Of a stretch of 45,890 nt of DNA, positions 23,401-36,100 are shown one piece after another (position 1 is the stretch's first letter; every line of letters begins with the position of its first letter). The DNA comes from Catajapyx aquilonaris. Taxonomy: Eukaryota. The stretch lies in assembly GCA_000934665.2 (NCBI GenBank), contig JYFJ02003142.1, positions 1 through 45,890 on the forward strand, given 5' to 3'. Made by a program: the position numbers and the translations under genes. Below the pieces are notes generated by a model. It was not told the DNA's origin and did no database searches. It worked only from the letters and a program-made list of their open reading frames with translations.

Positions 23401-24505
23401 GTGTAAGAAAGTTTGTCTGTCAGCCCATGGCAACAGGATGCATGTAAGAAAGTTTGTTTGTCCATGTCAACAGGATATAATGTAAGAATGTTTGTCTGTC
23501 TGTTAGCACACGGCAACAGAATACATGCAAGTTTATTTGTTTGTCCATGGCAACAGCTAATAAGAATGTTTGTTTGTCCATGTAAACGAATTATATGTAA
23601 GAAAGTTTGTCTGTCAGCCCATGGCAACAGGATACAATGTAAGAATGTTTGTCTGTCTGTTAGCCCATGGGAACAGGATTCATGTAAGTAAGTTTATTTG
23701 TTTGTCCATGGCAACGATATATACGTAAGAAAGTTCCTTCATGTATGTCAGTTTGCTTGTTTGTCCATACCAATGGAATATGTGACTGTCAGGAAGTTTG
23801 TTCATGGCAACGAGATGTGTTTGTCTGTCAGTTTGTTTGTCCATGACAATGTAAATAAAAAAAACGTTCTTACACATATCCCCTGGCCACGGACAACCAC
23901 ACCGACAGATTTTATAATACACGTAAGAAGATATTCCGGAATTCCGGATATTAGCGGAACAGTTGAGATCAGTAATAAATTATTACTGATCTCAACAGTT
24001 CCGCTAACCCATAATGTAATTCTTGCTTCTCCGGAATATCTTCTTACGTGTATTATAAAGTCTGTCACTGTGGTTGTCCGTGGCCAGGGGATATGTGTAA
24101 GAACGGTTTTTTACATTGTCATGGAACAGAGAGAAACTTGACCCCCTGACTTGACCCCTTGAAATGGTTTGCGACTTTGGCCACAACGACACAAGCCGCA
24201 TTACGGCCATACTAGTCTTATCAGATTTCACACTGTCTGATGGCAGCGAATGAAACATGCAATACCCGTGGTATCAACAATGGCCGTAACGCAGCTTGTG
24301 TCGTTGTGACCAAAGTCGCAAACCATTTCGTGGTGGGGTCAACAAGTGACCCTGTGACCCGTTCCTCACCTCCCCTGCCTTCCCTGATCCACCCTTCCAT
24401 GACCTCCATCCTCCTCTCGATCCTCTGGAGGATGTTCCTGTTGTCCGTCACCGCCAGCATCAGGCTGCGGAGGTCCACCTCCTCCTCTTCCATACAACCA
24501 GACAT
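20471..24505 (-). CDS. C2H2 zinc-finger protein, paralog 1 (4 C-terminal fingers)
   Basis: First exon 24505-24370 (MSGCMEEEEVDLRSLMLAVTDNRNILQRIERRMEVMEGWIREGRG, phase 1) joins exon ~22047-21875 (VHPPGLSEVKEF...). Several small acidic exons follow. Last exon 20998-20471 has a basic NLS-like KKRKRKRKK and four CxxC...HxxxH fingers with TGEKP/TGEMP linkers. Confidence 0.8.
22215..23845. repeat. Intronic satellite (~40-bp unit GTTGCCATGGACAAACAGACAAACTTTCTTACATATATCC) in alternating orientations
   Basis: Approximate blocks: forward 22215-22510, reverse 22520-22990, forward 23000-23240, reverse 23255-23845. Three near-exact 41-bp units at ~22535-22660. Confidence 0.9.
23840..24125. repeat. Nested palindrome (MITE-like) at the end of the satellite
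   Basis: Outer arms TCCATGACAATGTAAA...CGTTCTTACACATATCCCCTGGCCACGGACAACCAC...TATAATACACGTAAGAAGATATTCCGGA and their reverse complement at ~24030-24125. Inner near-perfect hairpin at 23951-24007. Confidence 0.85.
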
Positions 24506-25779
24506 CCTACTCTCTCTGTTCGGGTTGGGCTGTGCGAGATCCAAAACCCTAGTTGTGGTAATCCCCGAGACCAAAGGCTGGGACTGGGCCTATAAAACCG
24601 GTCGCCCGAAATAATAATTATTATAAGAGATCAACGCACTTCAGAATGGAACGGACGCCATCTTGGAAATAGACGGCCGGGGTGCGTTCCTAACGCCGCT
24701 TCCAAATGAAAAGAACCGATCTGATGAATTGGAACTGAAGAGATTTAATTGCATTTAATATTTAAATGTTAATCGTGGCATCTGTGATGGTGGCGTCTGC
24801 TAAATAAACATATAAAAATTATGAATAATCCATTTTTATCATATTGCTAAACAGGGGTGCCAACAGAGCTACATGTCACGTGACCTTGAATTTAACATAC
24901 ACAATAATAATTATTTTAATGATGTGCTCGAGAGATAATTATGTCAGAATAACAAATATTACACAATAGTTAACATTCCAACTGATGCCGCATCGCATTA
25001 CATGAAACGCAATACAACAGACAGAACGTTGAATGTTGCGAGTACCAGTAAATTTTTCCCTAATTTCCTGCAAAAAATATTGTGCAAATTAGACCAATCA
25101 CTGGAAGGAAATAATGCGAAATTAAATTTTTTTCCAGTTTGAGTTACAACTATCATCGGGGGGAAAAACTAATGAGCTTTCAATTTTCACTGTAACAACA
25201 GGTAACAACAATCAATGGATAAAAATTAAAAGGTACGATTACACTTTAACGTAACAATGGACTCTGGTAGCCACCGTGATTGCTACAACACTTGAAAAAA
25301 AAAGACACATTGAATTACTCTGCATGTACGACCAAATTGGCACCAGAGTAATTTTACATAAATCGACAGGTAAAACCGCTGCTGAATTTACTTTCAAATT
25401 CGTGAGCTCCGTCAACACAATTAACAAAAATAATATTTTAATAGAGATGATATTTGCACAATTTGGCTACGTTAGTTCCAATTGATTCACATTCCAACTA
25501 ACATCATTATATGAAAAGCAAATGCAACAGACAGTATATGGTTGCACGTACTAAAATGACCAGTTCAATTTTTGTGCAAATTTTTTTTTAAATCCCATTT
25601 AATTACGCGGAAATAATTTTTAACGTAGCAACAATCATTAGAAGAAGATAAAAATGTGCTATTTAATTTTAAAGTAACTCAACTCTTATAGCCACCGAAA
25701 CATATCGGAACTTGTAATAAACTCAGCAGCAAAATAAGTTCACCCAACGACAACCTGTAAATACTCACACAAAATTATT

Positions 25780-26482
25780 ATTCAATAATAATTAATAATA
25801 ATTAATTATTAATAATAATTAATTATTAATATAAGTAAATAATAATTAATTATTAATATAAGTAAATAATAATTAATTATTAATATAAGTAAATAATAAT
25901 TAATTATTAATATAATAAGTAATATAATAATTAATAAGTAATACAATAATGAATTATTACTATAAGTAATATAATACTTAATTATTAATATAATAAGTAA
26001 TATAATAATTAATTACTAATATAATTACTAATGATTATAATTTATTAATATAATTACTAATGATTATTAATTATTAATATAATTACTAATGATTATTAAT
26101 TATTAATATAATTACTAATGATTATTAATTATAAATATAATTACTAATGATTATTAATTATTAATCATTAATATGATAATTATTAATAATCATTAATATG
26201 ATAATTAATTATTAATAATCATTAATATGATAATTAATTATTAATAATCATTAATATGATAATTAATTATTAATAATCATTAATATGATAAATAATTATT
26301 AATAATCATTAATATAATTAATTATTAATAATCATTAATATAATTAATTATTAATAATCATTAATATAATTAATTATTAAGTTATTAACTAATACAATAA
26401 TAACTAATATAATTAATACACTAATATTAATAACTAATATAATAATTAATAATTAATAAATTGGGATTATAAATTATTATAA
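25780..26482. repeat. Almost pure A/T low-complexity tandem repeats
   Basis: Units such as TAATTAATTATTAATATAAGTAAA, TATAATTACTAATGATTATTAAT and AATCATTAATATGATAATTAATTATTAAT. Confidence 0.9.
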
Positions 26483-26484
26483 GA

Positions 26485-28872
26485 TCAATCCTTATGATTG
26501 TCACTTCTGGTAAAGGTCGAGGGATGAACTTTGTGAATCAGGATCTGATGACGTTCCATACGATCACGGCGCAGAAACTTCCTGCCGCAAATAGGACATG
26601 CGTGTGGCTTCTGGCGGAGATGCACGGCATTAATGTGACACACCATGTTTCCCTTCTGAACGAACCGCTTGTTGCAAAACTCGCACATGTACTGCTTCTC
26701 TCCTTGGTGAATTCGCAGATGGAGCTTCCAAGCTCCTTTGTGATTGAACTTGCGCGAACATATCTCGCACTGATATATGATGCGTCTTACGTGCGGCTTC
26801 TTCACCTGACCTGCCTTCGTCACACCATGGGTACCGCCCGTCCAGTTTCTGGAACCCTGTCCAGCAGAACTGGAGCAATCCCCGTCACACTGTGCATGGA
26901 AGTCCAGGCACGCCTTCAACTCCGCTTCAGTTGCGAAAGTCACAAGGCATATGCCGCATTTGTGTGGGAAGACATCGAGTGTGTCTCTCACTGTGTTTAT
27001 TGCAGTTTGGTCAAAATTGGATGAGCCTTCCGAGTAGCGTCCAGAAGTCAAGAGATCCTCCAGAGCCGCAATTGCAGGTCGGCTGCAACTGTCATCAGTC
27101 GCCTGACTTGGCTGCGGAAGGAAACAAATTATCAGCAGCTAGTACGGAAAAGTACGGCTCACAAGGAACGACCTTAGTTGCCAAATCCTGTTCGCTAGTT
27201 TTCTCCATGTCGTCTTCATTACATTCGGCCATTTCCTGCTTCCAGTCCTGAAATTATCCACAGTACACTTTGAACATTAAGCCTTTAGTCAAATCGTAGC
27301 ACTAACCATCTGGCGTACAAAGTTTGCTTCAAGTCCCGCATCCTGATCCAACACTTGATCAGACGCTGGACACCTGTCCTCTAAGCGTACATCATCAGAT
27401 TGGAATGATGTTGCTTCCAGCTCCGGCTCAATTTTTAGTTGAAAATCTGCAAAAATTTCAGTTGTTATTAAAAGTGTCGTACAGTGCCGCATTATTACAC
27501 TTTACCAGGTATGGCAACATCCGCTGAAGCGCCAGTACTGGTGTCTGGAAATTCCTGCAACATTTACAAGCCGTATTGTGTTAAACGAATCAGCCGAACT
27601 CTCAAGTCTGATCGTACCCTGCAGCGATTGGACCGCCTTTTCCTTTTCGATGCATTTTGTTGACCTCCAACAGTGTGCGATTCTTCCGCCCCCGCTTCGT
27701 ATGACTGTGAATAGTCGAGCTCCACCACATGTCCGGCTGCTTGGTTTTCTGGAAAAACACAGCTTGATTTTAACGCAACAATATGCAAGGACACACACTA
27801 GTTCTCCAAGCAAAAGAACCAAAGAAATAACCCCCAAAAAATCTTTTGTTATGAAAGACAAAGTTTGGTTGTCTGTTTGTCCAGGTTTGCATGAAATTGG
27901 TACAAAGTGGGTATGATAGACATAGATTAGTTTGTCCAGGTTTTTTTGTCCCTATGAAATGGGAACTATTAGGAAAAGTTTGTCTGTTTGCCCATGTTTG
28001 TCCTTTGAAATGGACATGATAAGGCAAATTTTTGCTATTTGTCCAGGTTTAATGTGTCTGTTTGTCCAGAGAAGCAAACCTGGACAAACAGACACATTAA
28101 ACATGGACATACAAACAAACTGGACATACATACACATTAAACCGGGATAAACAAACAAACCTGGACAAACAAACAGACAAACCTGGACAAACAGACAAAC
28201 AGACACATTAAACCGGGATAAACAAACCTGGACAAACAAACAGACAAACCTGGACAAACAGACACATTAACCGGGATAAACAAACAAACCTGGACAAACA
28301 GACAAACCTGGACAAACATACAAACTTTGCCTCATAATATCCATTTCATAGGACAAATCTGTACAAACAGACACACAAAACCTGGACAAACAGACTGGCA
28401 AACTTTGCCTTTTATAACAACAGAGATTACAACGAACTTTTGGGTTATTTCTTTGGTTTTGCTTTGGTATGATAAGCCAAAGTTTGTTTGTCTGTATGTC
28501 CAGGTTTGTTTGTCCTATGAAATTGGTATGGTAAGGAAAAGTTGGTCTGTCTGTTTGTCCACGTTTTGTGAGTCTGTTTGTCCAGGTTTGCTTCCCTGTT
28601 TCATCAGGTTTGTTCTGTCCCTATGAAATGTTGTATAAGACAAAGTTTGTCTGTATGTATATGTCCAGGTGTTGTGCATCTGTTTGTCCTTCAAATTGGG
28701 TATGACAAGGCAACGTTTGTCCGTCTGTTTAATCCTCACCTGCCCTTCTCCATCCTTCCCCTTTGATAGATTCTTCCAGGAGAGTGATCCTCTTCTCTAT
28801 CCTCAACAGAATGGCCCTGTTTCCCACCGCCAGTTCCACAAGCTGCCTCGCCTCCATCCCATCCAAGGCCAT
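26485..28872 (-). CDS. C2H2 zinc-finger protein, paralog 2 (3 intact fingers + 1 degenerate)
   Basis: First exon 28872-28740 (MALDGMEARQLVELAVGNRAILLRIEKRITLLEESIKGEGWRRA, phase 1) joins exon ~27748-27618 (ENQAAGHVVELDY...). Small exons include DWKQEMAEC. The last exon carries CEIC..HLRIH-QGEKQ-CEFC..HINAVH-LRQKP-CPIC..HQILIH. Confidence 0.8.
27850..28730. repeat. Intronic satellite (CCTGGACAAACAGACAAA units) in both orientations
   Basis: Forward units at ~28075-28400, flanked by reverse-oriented TTTGTCCAGGTTT units at ~27860-28070 and ~28480-28730. Confidence 0.85.
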
Positions 28873-28974
28873 GGCTTATCCCCTCCCCTTGCTAATCAAA
28901 AACTCGACACTAATTAGAGCACTAAGAGGCCTTCAGAAAATGAAATTAACGGGACCAAAAAGTGTAAAACGTCT

Positions 28975-29560
28975 CAATCGGAAGCCATCTTGGAAAAAAA
29001 GGGGGTGCATTCGGATCGCCGTTAATCGTTGAAATAGCAAGATCACAAAATTGTTAATGTTAATGCTAATGTGTTATTTAATGCACATTTTATTATTAAA
29101 TATAAAAATTTTGGCACAATTCGTAAGTAATAATGTAAAAAAATATCAAAACAATTGAGAAAAATGGGTATGAAAGGCTCTAAAGCGCGATTGTAGTAAG
29201 CAGTTATCTGATCTAAATTGATTTGTTCTAAACTGGTTCTAAATCAGTTTTGTTGAACAATGGTGTCGATTTCTACAATCTAAATTATTTAAAAAATAGT
29301 CCAGGTTAGAATAATTAGTTCCATGTTAATTACTGGCAGATTAAAACAAATCGAATGAACGTTACAAGTAACGGCGATTTTAAGCATCTTGAGGCACTAA
29401 TCGCGTAGCAGTGACGTCATATGGCGCTCGGTACAGTCCGAATAAAAAAAATTAAAATTGCAATTAAAATCACAAATAAAATTATTTACCACTTTTTAAA
29501 ATTCATTTAAAGCCGATTCAACAATTAAACGGAGTTTCCATGGTTTTTTCCCCCCAGTAA
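28975..29560. promoter_or_regulatory. Putative divergent promoter region between zinc-finger paralog 2 (-) and CFAP61 (+)
   Basis: Start codons diverge ~1 kb apart. YY1/Pho-like GCCATCTTG at ~28985, palindromic CRE TGACGTCA at 29412-29419, partial X-box GTTTCCATGG at ~29534. Confidence 0.4.
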
Positions 29561-29902
29561 ATCCCAAGGGAAAGTGGTGCACACCCAACAGTCGACAGAA
29601 GACACCACAGGCAAGGTCGTGAAGGATTAAATAATTGTATTTAATTTTAACTTAAAACCATCGGGTAATGCTATTACTTTATGTACACATTTTATCTCAA
29701 TTGATTTGAAAGTGTGGTATAAAGAAGACAGGTTAGCCAAGTAATGTTCCATTATAATTATTCTAATTGTTTTTATTTTCTGATCACACATTTTCAATAT
29801 AGCCTACAAAAAATTAATGCCATTGACGGGGAGTGGAATTTAATTAAAAACCCAACTAATATTTAATTAATTACGCGTATTAATGTCGATTAATTTACCA
29901 GG

Positions 29903-30092
29903 ATGAGTTACCTGAAGCGAGGGGGTGCACCCAGGGTGCTGAGATCACTGACAGCCTTCAAGTCCAAGATTTTCCAAGGGGTCACCATCAGGCTCACCAG
30001 GAGCGAGGACATCCCAGCCATCAAGCTTCTGAAGAAGTCGCACACCAAGAAAATATACGGAGAACAAGAGTTTGAAGAAATTCTGTGAGCAC

Positions 30093-30165
<73 letters not shown>

Positions 30166-33100
30166 GGACATCTCTTAATTTTTCTTATGAAGGGAAACAT
30201 GCGTGTTGTCCTTGTCGTTTGTGGACGATTCGGACGGCGTTTTGGGACAGGTGTCCTTCAGCGACCGTCCGGGACGCAATTCGCATGCGCCAAAAGCTTG
30301 GCCCGGTTGGCTCCAGGAATTTGGGCAAGTATACCTATACTCTATATACGGTACTCTTCTAGTAAAATAATGTACGTTGAAGATAAATGTATAGTTAAAG
30401 TTTTCAGTTAGAAACATTGCACTGAGAGTATAGCTTTCAGAAGTTAATTAAAATGTTACATCTGTTGCCACTGACATTGTGAGTATTATATTTTATATTG
30501 TAAAAATATTTTGCACAATATCTATCATACAAAATGCAGAGTTTGCTTGTTTGTTTGTCCATTTCATACCAGTTTCATGCCCACTTATATTCATACCCAT
30601 GCGATATTACATACAGTATCCAGTATTGCGATTTATGAATATTGTTACAGTTATTAATTACTAATTATTGTGTTATTTACATTATATCAGTTACATTGCA
30701 TCAGTATTATATGATCAGCAGTTTATATTGCATCAATAACTATATCACATTTGGGCATGCCCATATTTGTTATATAAATAATAATTAAATAATTGATAAA
30801 TAATTGTGGGGGTAGTGCTTCACCTTTCGGCGTTCGGCACGGACCTTTATTATTTGATCCTACATAGTGTACAAGTTGGAGCCATTGAGAAGCGCCCGGG
30901 CCCACGGGCAGGATGACAGGAGGGGATGTGCAAGTGCAGTGCATCTGACGTGGTGGCCATTTTTAGTGAACTCCCCCGGGTGGTTTAGTCTGTGGAAATA
31001 CCACCCGAGACAAAGCCAGAGGTGACCCTGAACTCTGCACGAGATGAAGGGGGTGTCCCCGGGTTGGGATCGAACCCGGGACCTTAACATCCGTGGGCGC
31101 ATACGTTACCGCAGCACCACTCCGTCTCCCCTCATATTTGTTATATAGGCCCTACGATTATGCATATTAATTAGTCATAATTATTAATTATTTTTATTTT
31201 ACTAAATATTGTGTCATTTACATTATAGCAGTAATCATTACTTCAGTTACATTGCATCAGTAATTATTATATTAGTTATATATTATATCATTATGCATAT
31301 TAATTTAATACGATCGTATTAAACATGCTGTGTATTATTGCACATACATCATAATATTATAATAATAATAATTATATCTCTCTACGAAAATCGTTGCGAA
31401 ACTTCTCCCTGCACTGGTCTGCAGCAAGAGTGTTGAACTGTTGCTCATTATAATTGTTGGTNCCCCCCCCCATCTAATTGTTGCAGCCTGGAATGCGCGT
31501 GTCCTTTCAACACCCTCTTCGTGCGGCACGTGGTCAACCATCACAAGCTGTCCCTGAGCTTCATGAAGGAGGCGGTCAAGAAGCTGTACGAAATAGCCCC
31601 CGCGGTGGAGTACCTCATCCTGCCCCTTCCAAAAGGAGTCACAAAGCGTAGGTTTTGACGTAGCATCTCACAGTATGATGACTCACCGAGGACAAACAGA
31701 GAATAAGGCAACAGACTCGAGTTTTTTTTTTTCCCCCTCCCCTCCACAGACATAGAAATGGGAGGCATCTTTCGGTCATACGCGCACCCTAAGGACACCT
31801 CGGACACTCCTCTCACAATATGCGTCTGCCATAGGGACTACGTCTTCCCGAAGCTGAAGATCCGGATGGCCAGGTTAATACGACTCACCCTGTACAGTCG
31901 CGGGAAGGAGTAAGGTAGCAGACCTGAAGCTCAAACTAGCCTCCTCTTCACGACTGATGGTGAGGTAGCTTCTCTCTTGGAGGCTAGTTTGAGCTTCGGG
32001 TCTGCTACCTTACTCATTATTGCCAAAGACTGTGGCAGATATAAAATGAGTAAGGTAGCAGACCTGGAGCTCAAATTAGCCTCCTTTTGACGAGTCGTGA
32101 GGTATAGAGGGATCCTCTCTTGGAGGCTAACTTGAGCTTCTGGTCTGCTACCTTGTTTTGCTCCCTTCTGATGCATGATTGATGCCACTGTTTTACTTGC
32201 CGTTGTTAAGGGTCGAGGACGCTGACGACCTGCAGCCCATATGCACCAAGCTGGCCCCTGAGATGCAGGAGCAGTACGGGGACTATTACCTGGCAGAGAT
32301 GATAGCACACAGCAGCAAGACCGTCAAGATTCTTGTCATGGAGGTATAAACTGTCATTGTCTTAAACATTGTGTACATCAGACGCGGAGATGAGTAAGGT
32401 AGCACACCTTTTTTTGGGGGTGACCGCACTACCAGAGACTTCGGTCAACGCCATTGATTTCCGCGTCTCTCTGTTTGGGGCCGTTGCCAAGGCTGGCGGC
32501 CATTTTGAAGTGTGGGCAACGCCAACGAGGTATAAATAGGGTACAGGCACAAATAGGGTCCGCCATCTTTGATGGTTTTGGCGGCCATGGCAACTACACT
32601 ACACGGCAATAAGAACACGCGCGAATCAAAGATGGCGGACCATATTTTTGCCTGTACCCTACTTATACCTCGTTGGCGTTGGCCCCTCTTCTAAATGGCC
32701 GACAGCCTTGGCAACGGCCCCAAACAGAGAGACGCGGAAATCGAATGTTTGCGCCTCTTATGTGGCACTACTGCCAATCTTGTGTCCCTGCCAGGCACGG
32801 TCCGTCGTGCACGATGATTTTTTGTTGATTGAAACCATGTTGTATCCGCAACATTTACTCGGAAGCGAATAGACCAGAGAGCCTCCACATAACTGACAGG
32901 TTTTGAGCTTCAGGTCTGCTACCCTTATTACTGTCTTCTGCAAACAGTCTGACAAGAAATCCATGTTTTCAGGCGGCAGGTAAGGCCGTGGGGGTGATGG
33001 CGCTGAACAGCACCGTCAACACCAGCATCCTCAACGACCACTACCAGCTGGCGTCGGTCGGCTGGCTGACCACGTCCAAGATGACCCAGGAGCAGGTAGA

Positions 33101-36100
33101 CGAGGTCGAGTCGGACAGGGGCTCCGTCGAGACGGACGTCCTCAACGCATTCGGCCTATTGGGAATGGCAGGACGAGGGTATGTCATATTCAAGGAGTAT
33201 ACGGTTAGCTGAAGGCTAATATGAGCTTTAGGTTTCAATTGACCTTCTTGTTGTTGTTTCCAGCCCTGGAGGACAGGCCAAAGGTCAGGACGAGGTGACC
33301 ACCCTGATGGGTCCTCTAGGGACCAGCACGTCCAGCGTCATGTCCGACACCTTCAGCCGGACCAACGAGCTGGCTGAAGACACGGAGATTGACTACCTGG
33401 GGCCGACTGCGGAGTTCCTCAACACCGTCTGTTCCTCCAGGCAGATCATGGAGAGGAGGCTGAGCGACCTGAGAGCTGGAGACTCCCTGCTGTCGGCCAA
33501 CATACAGGCCGAGACCGAAGACGGTGGGGACTCTATATGGCTGCGATGACTCACCCCGGACAGCACATTGCCAATTCTATCTATTTCTCTCCCCCAGAGC
33601 GTGACCTTCAGACCGATGCGAAACCAGACGAGATGCCTCCGAAGAGTCCGTTTGACATCGAGACGAATGCGTTTGCCATTCAGTTGTTCGCAATAGACGA
33701 GGCCTACGAACACAGGTTTGTTTTGTTTGTTGATGGTTTGGTATGTACCTTTTTAACAGCTTCATTTTTTAATTATTATTTCGGCCCCGTTTCAAAAGAG
33801 CTGATAGCTTCTTCAATATGGCTTTCGATTGCTATCCTGACCTGGAGTACATGATCATCACGGTGCCGTCTATTGTCCCGGAGTTCCCGATGCTGCGGTA
33901 CTTCCAGGTATAGGCAAAACACTGATTGATTGATTGGTGTGCTGGGTTTGTTTACTATAGAGAACCCTTTTGCATGTACTATTGACAACAGAGGGCGATT
34001 CAGCGTGAGAGGTCTCGCTTCAGGCACGAGCTGTACATGCTGTTTCGCGACACGATCAACAGGTGAGTGCACGCTTCCTAACTCATGTATGCAGAGTATA
34101 GCATTACAGCATGAAGAAATAAGGAGTAGTCCCTATTCCTCATTTCATGGCCAGACATATCGTGGAGTCGCTTCAGACTTTATGAGCAGTACACCTCTGT
34201 ATATATAAATCATGTATACTTGTCATGGGTGTGCCCTGCAGGACGATGATGGTACGGCCGGCGATTCACTCGGATGTCCTCCAGGTCCAGCCCATCCTGG
34301 AGAGCTTCACCAACGCCAAGGAGATCATGATGGAGCTGATGGGGGCAATCGAGAGGGCCAAATCGGACGAGCTGGCCAAGAGGGCCTACGTCGCTGTGAT
34401 GGACTACAAGCTCGTGGGTCTGGCCATCGTAGGGTACGTTTCTATAGCAGTGAACTTTGTCTATGGTGCGACGATCTTCCATGACATCGCCCGCAGGCCA
34501 GAGATGGACCTGGTGTACATGAGGGCCCACTACAACATAGACTCCTTCATCAACTTCGCTGTGCACAAGAACGACGAGCACTGCCGGTTGTACCACATGG
34601 TCCTTGAGAACAAGTACCACATGCACGCCAGGTTCTTCTACAGGGAGGTCATGCGACAGGACGAGCGGAACTGCCTGTACTACCGGATCCATCCGCCCTA
34701 CGCCAACCCGAAGGTGCAGTTCTGGACATCATGTACTTGGTGGCGCCCACGAGCCGTTGACAGCAAAAAGAGCGAGTGCGCACCCACATTCGCGCAGTTC
34801 CATTGTGCTGCGCCAATGTGGGTGCGCAGTCAGTCCTCGCTCTTTTACCGCCACCCGAGGGGTTTACCCATTCTAATCACCTTCCGTTTAGCAACGAGAG
34901 GTGGGCCTGATGACCACCCTGGAGGAGATGGTTCTGGTTGCCCCTAGGAAGGCCGTGGAGTACCCCGACCACACCCTGGGCAAGAACGTCCCTGGAAGCG
35001 ACATACGCTTCGAGGGCAACCCGTTCGCCCTCTTCCATCTCAACAGGCAGATGTCTCTGGCGCCGAAAGCCAACGTCAACGCTCGGATCGTGGTCGTAGG
35101 GGCGTCGGACTTTGGTCTGGCGGTCCTCAAGGCGTTCTGTCTCAGGTCAGTACCTAGATAATGGGGGGGAAGGGAACGTGTTACAATGGCAATTGGCAAA
35201 GCCACAATAACGTTCGTTGGCCTGCGTCTCACGATGAGGACAGTGTTGTTGGCGGGTTCAAACTATAGAGGCGCTCTGTAGTTCAAACCACACAATGAGC
35301 GTCTATAACAGTTTTTTTAAATTCATGCTGGGAGACTAACCGTGCCTGGCAGGGCCCAAGGACAGTGTGGCCACCCCCAAAAGCCATATACAGATGACAC
35401 ACTGACACATCCGTATTTCGTGTAAACAATAACGTTTTTCCTGTCTGATTTCGCAGTGTCAACATGAAGTTCAACAATCTGATCCTGATATCTCCGCACG
35501 GGATTCCGGGAACTCTTCCGCCGGACCCCATACGGAACATCTTCCGTCCTCAGACCGGGAACTTCTCGAGCAGCTTCATGCCCTTCATGGCCCTGCGAAC
35601 GTGGGTCAACGTCATCTACGGAGAAATGACTGCTCTCGACAGGCATGTATAGGCCTACTAAAAGGCCTGTTTACGCCCTCACGATTTTTTGAGGTCGCGC
35701 GACCAGAAGCTCAAATCGTGAGGGCGTAAACAGTCATTAAAGTCATACCACGAAGCAAGACAGTTCAATGTGCAGATGTATGATTGGCATACATCTTCAT
35801 TATGGTTTGTTGCAGATACGTCCAGACGGTGACTGTCAACAATGACCTGGTCGTGCCGTACAACTACCTCTTCCTGTGCATGGGACGGCAGTTTCAAATA
35901 CCAGACGGAATGAAGAGCGCTCTGAGAGAAAACAACAGGTAATGGCTCCTTTATACGAGCAGGAACGCACTATTGTCATTAACTATTTATTGTTTATTTT
36001 TTAAAAATATTAAAAGTTGGTGATGATGTGTATACTTACAGCCAAAAGCCGGAGAACGTGTTTCTAATCAACACAGAGATCGACGCAGCGGTGATCGTGC

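Noticed and set aside
22173..24258. Many repetitive ORFs (PWTNRQTNFLT / CKKVCLSV)
   Set aside because: Translations of the intronic satellite and palindrome in all frames.
29908..30411. Poly-Y, poly-N and poly-I ORFs
   Set aside because: Translations of the (AAT)n microsatellite in CFAP61 intron 1.
32362..32872. Near-identical ORFs MPVPYLYLVGV... on opposite strands (also around 36363-36915)
   Set aside because: They result from the palindromic MITE and are not coding.
35080..35145. Rossmann-like IVVVGASDFG as a separate oxidoreductase gene
   Set aside because: This is the known FAD/NAD-binding-like region within CFAP61.
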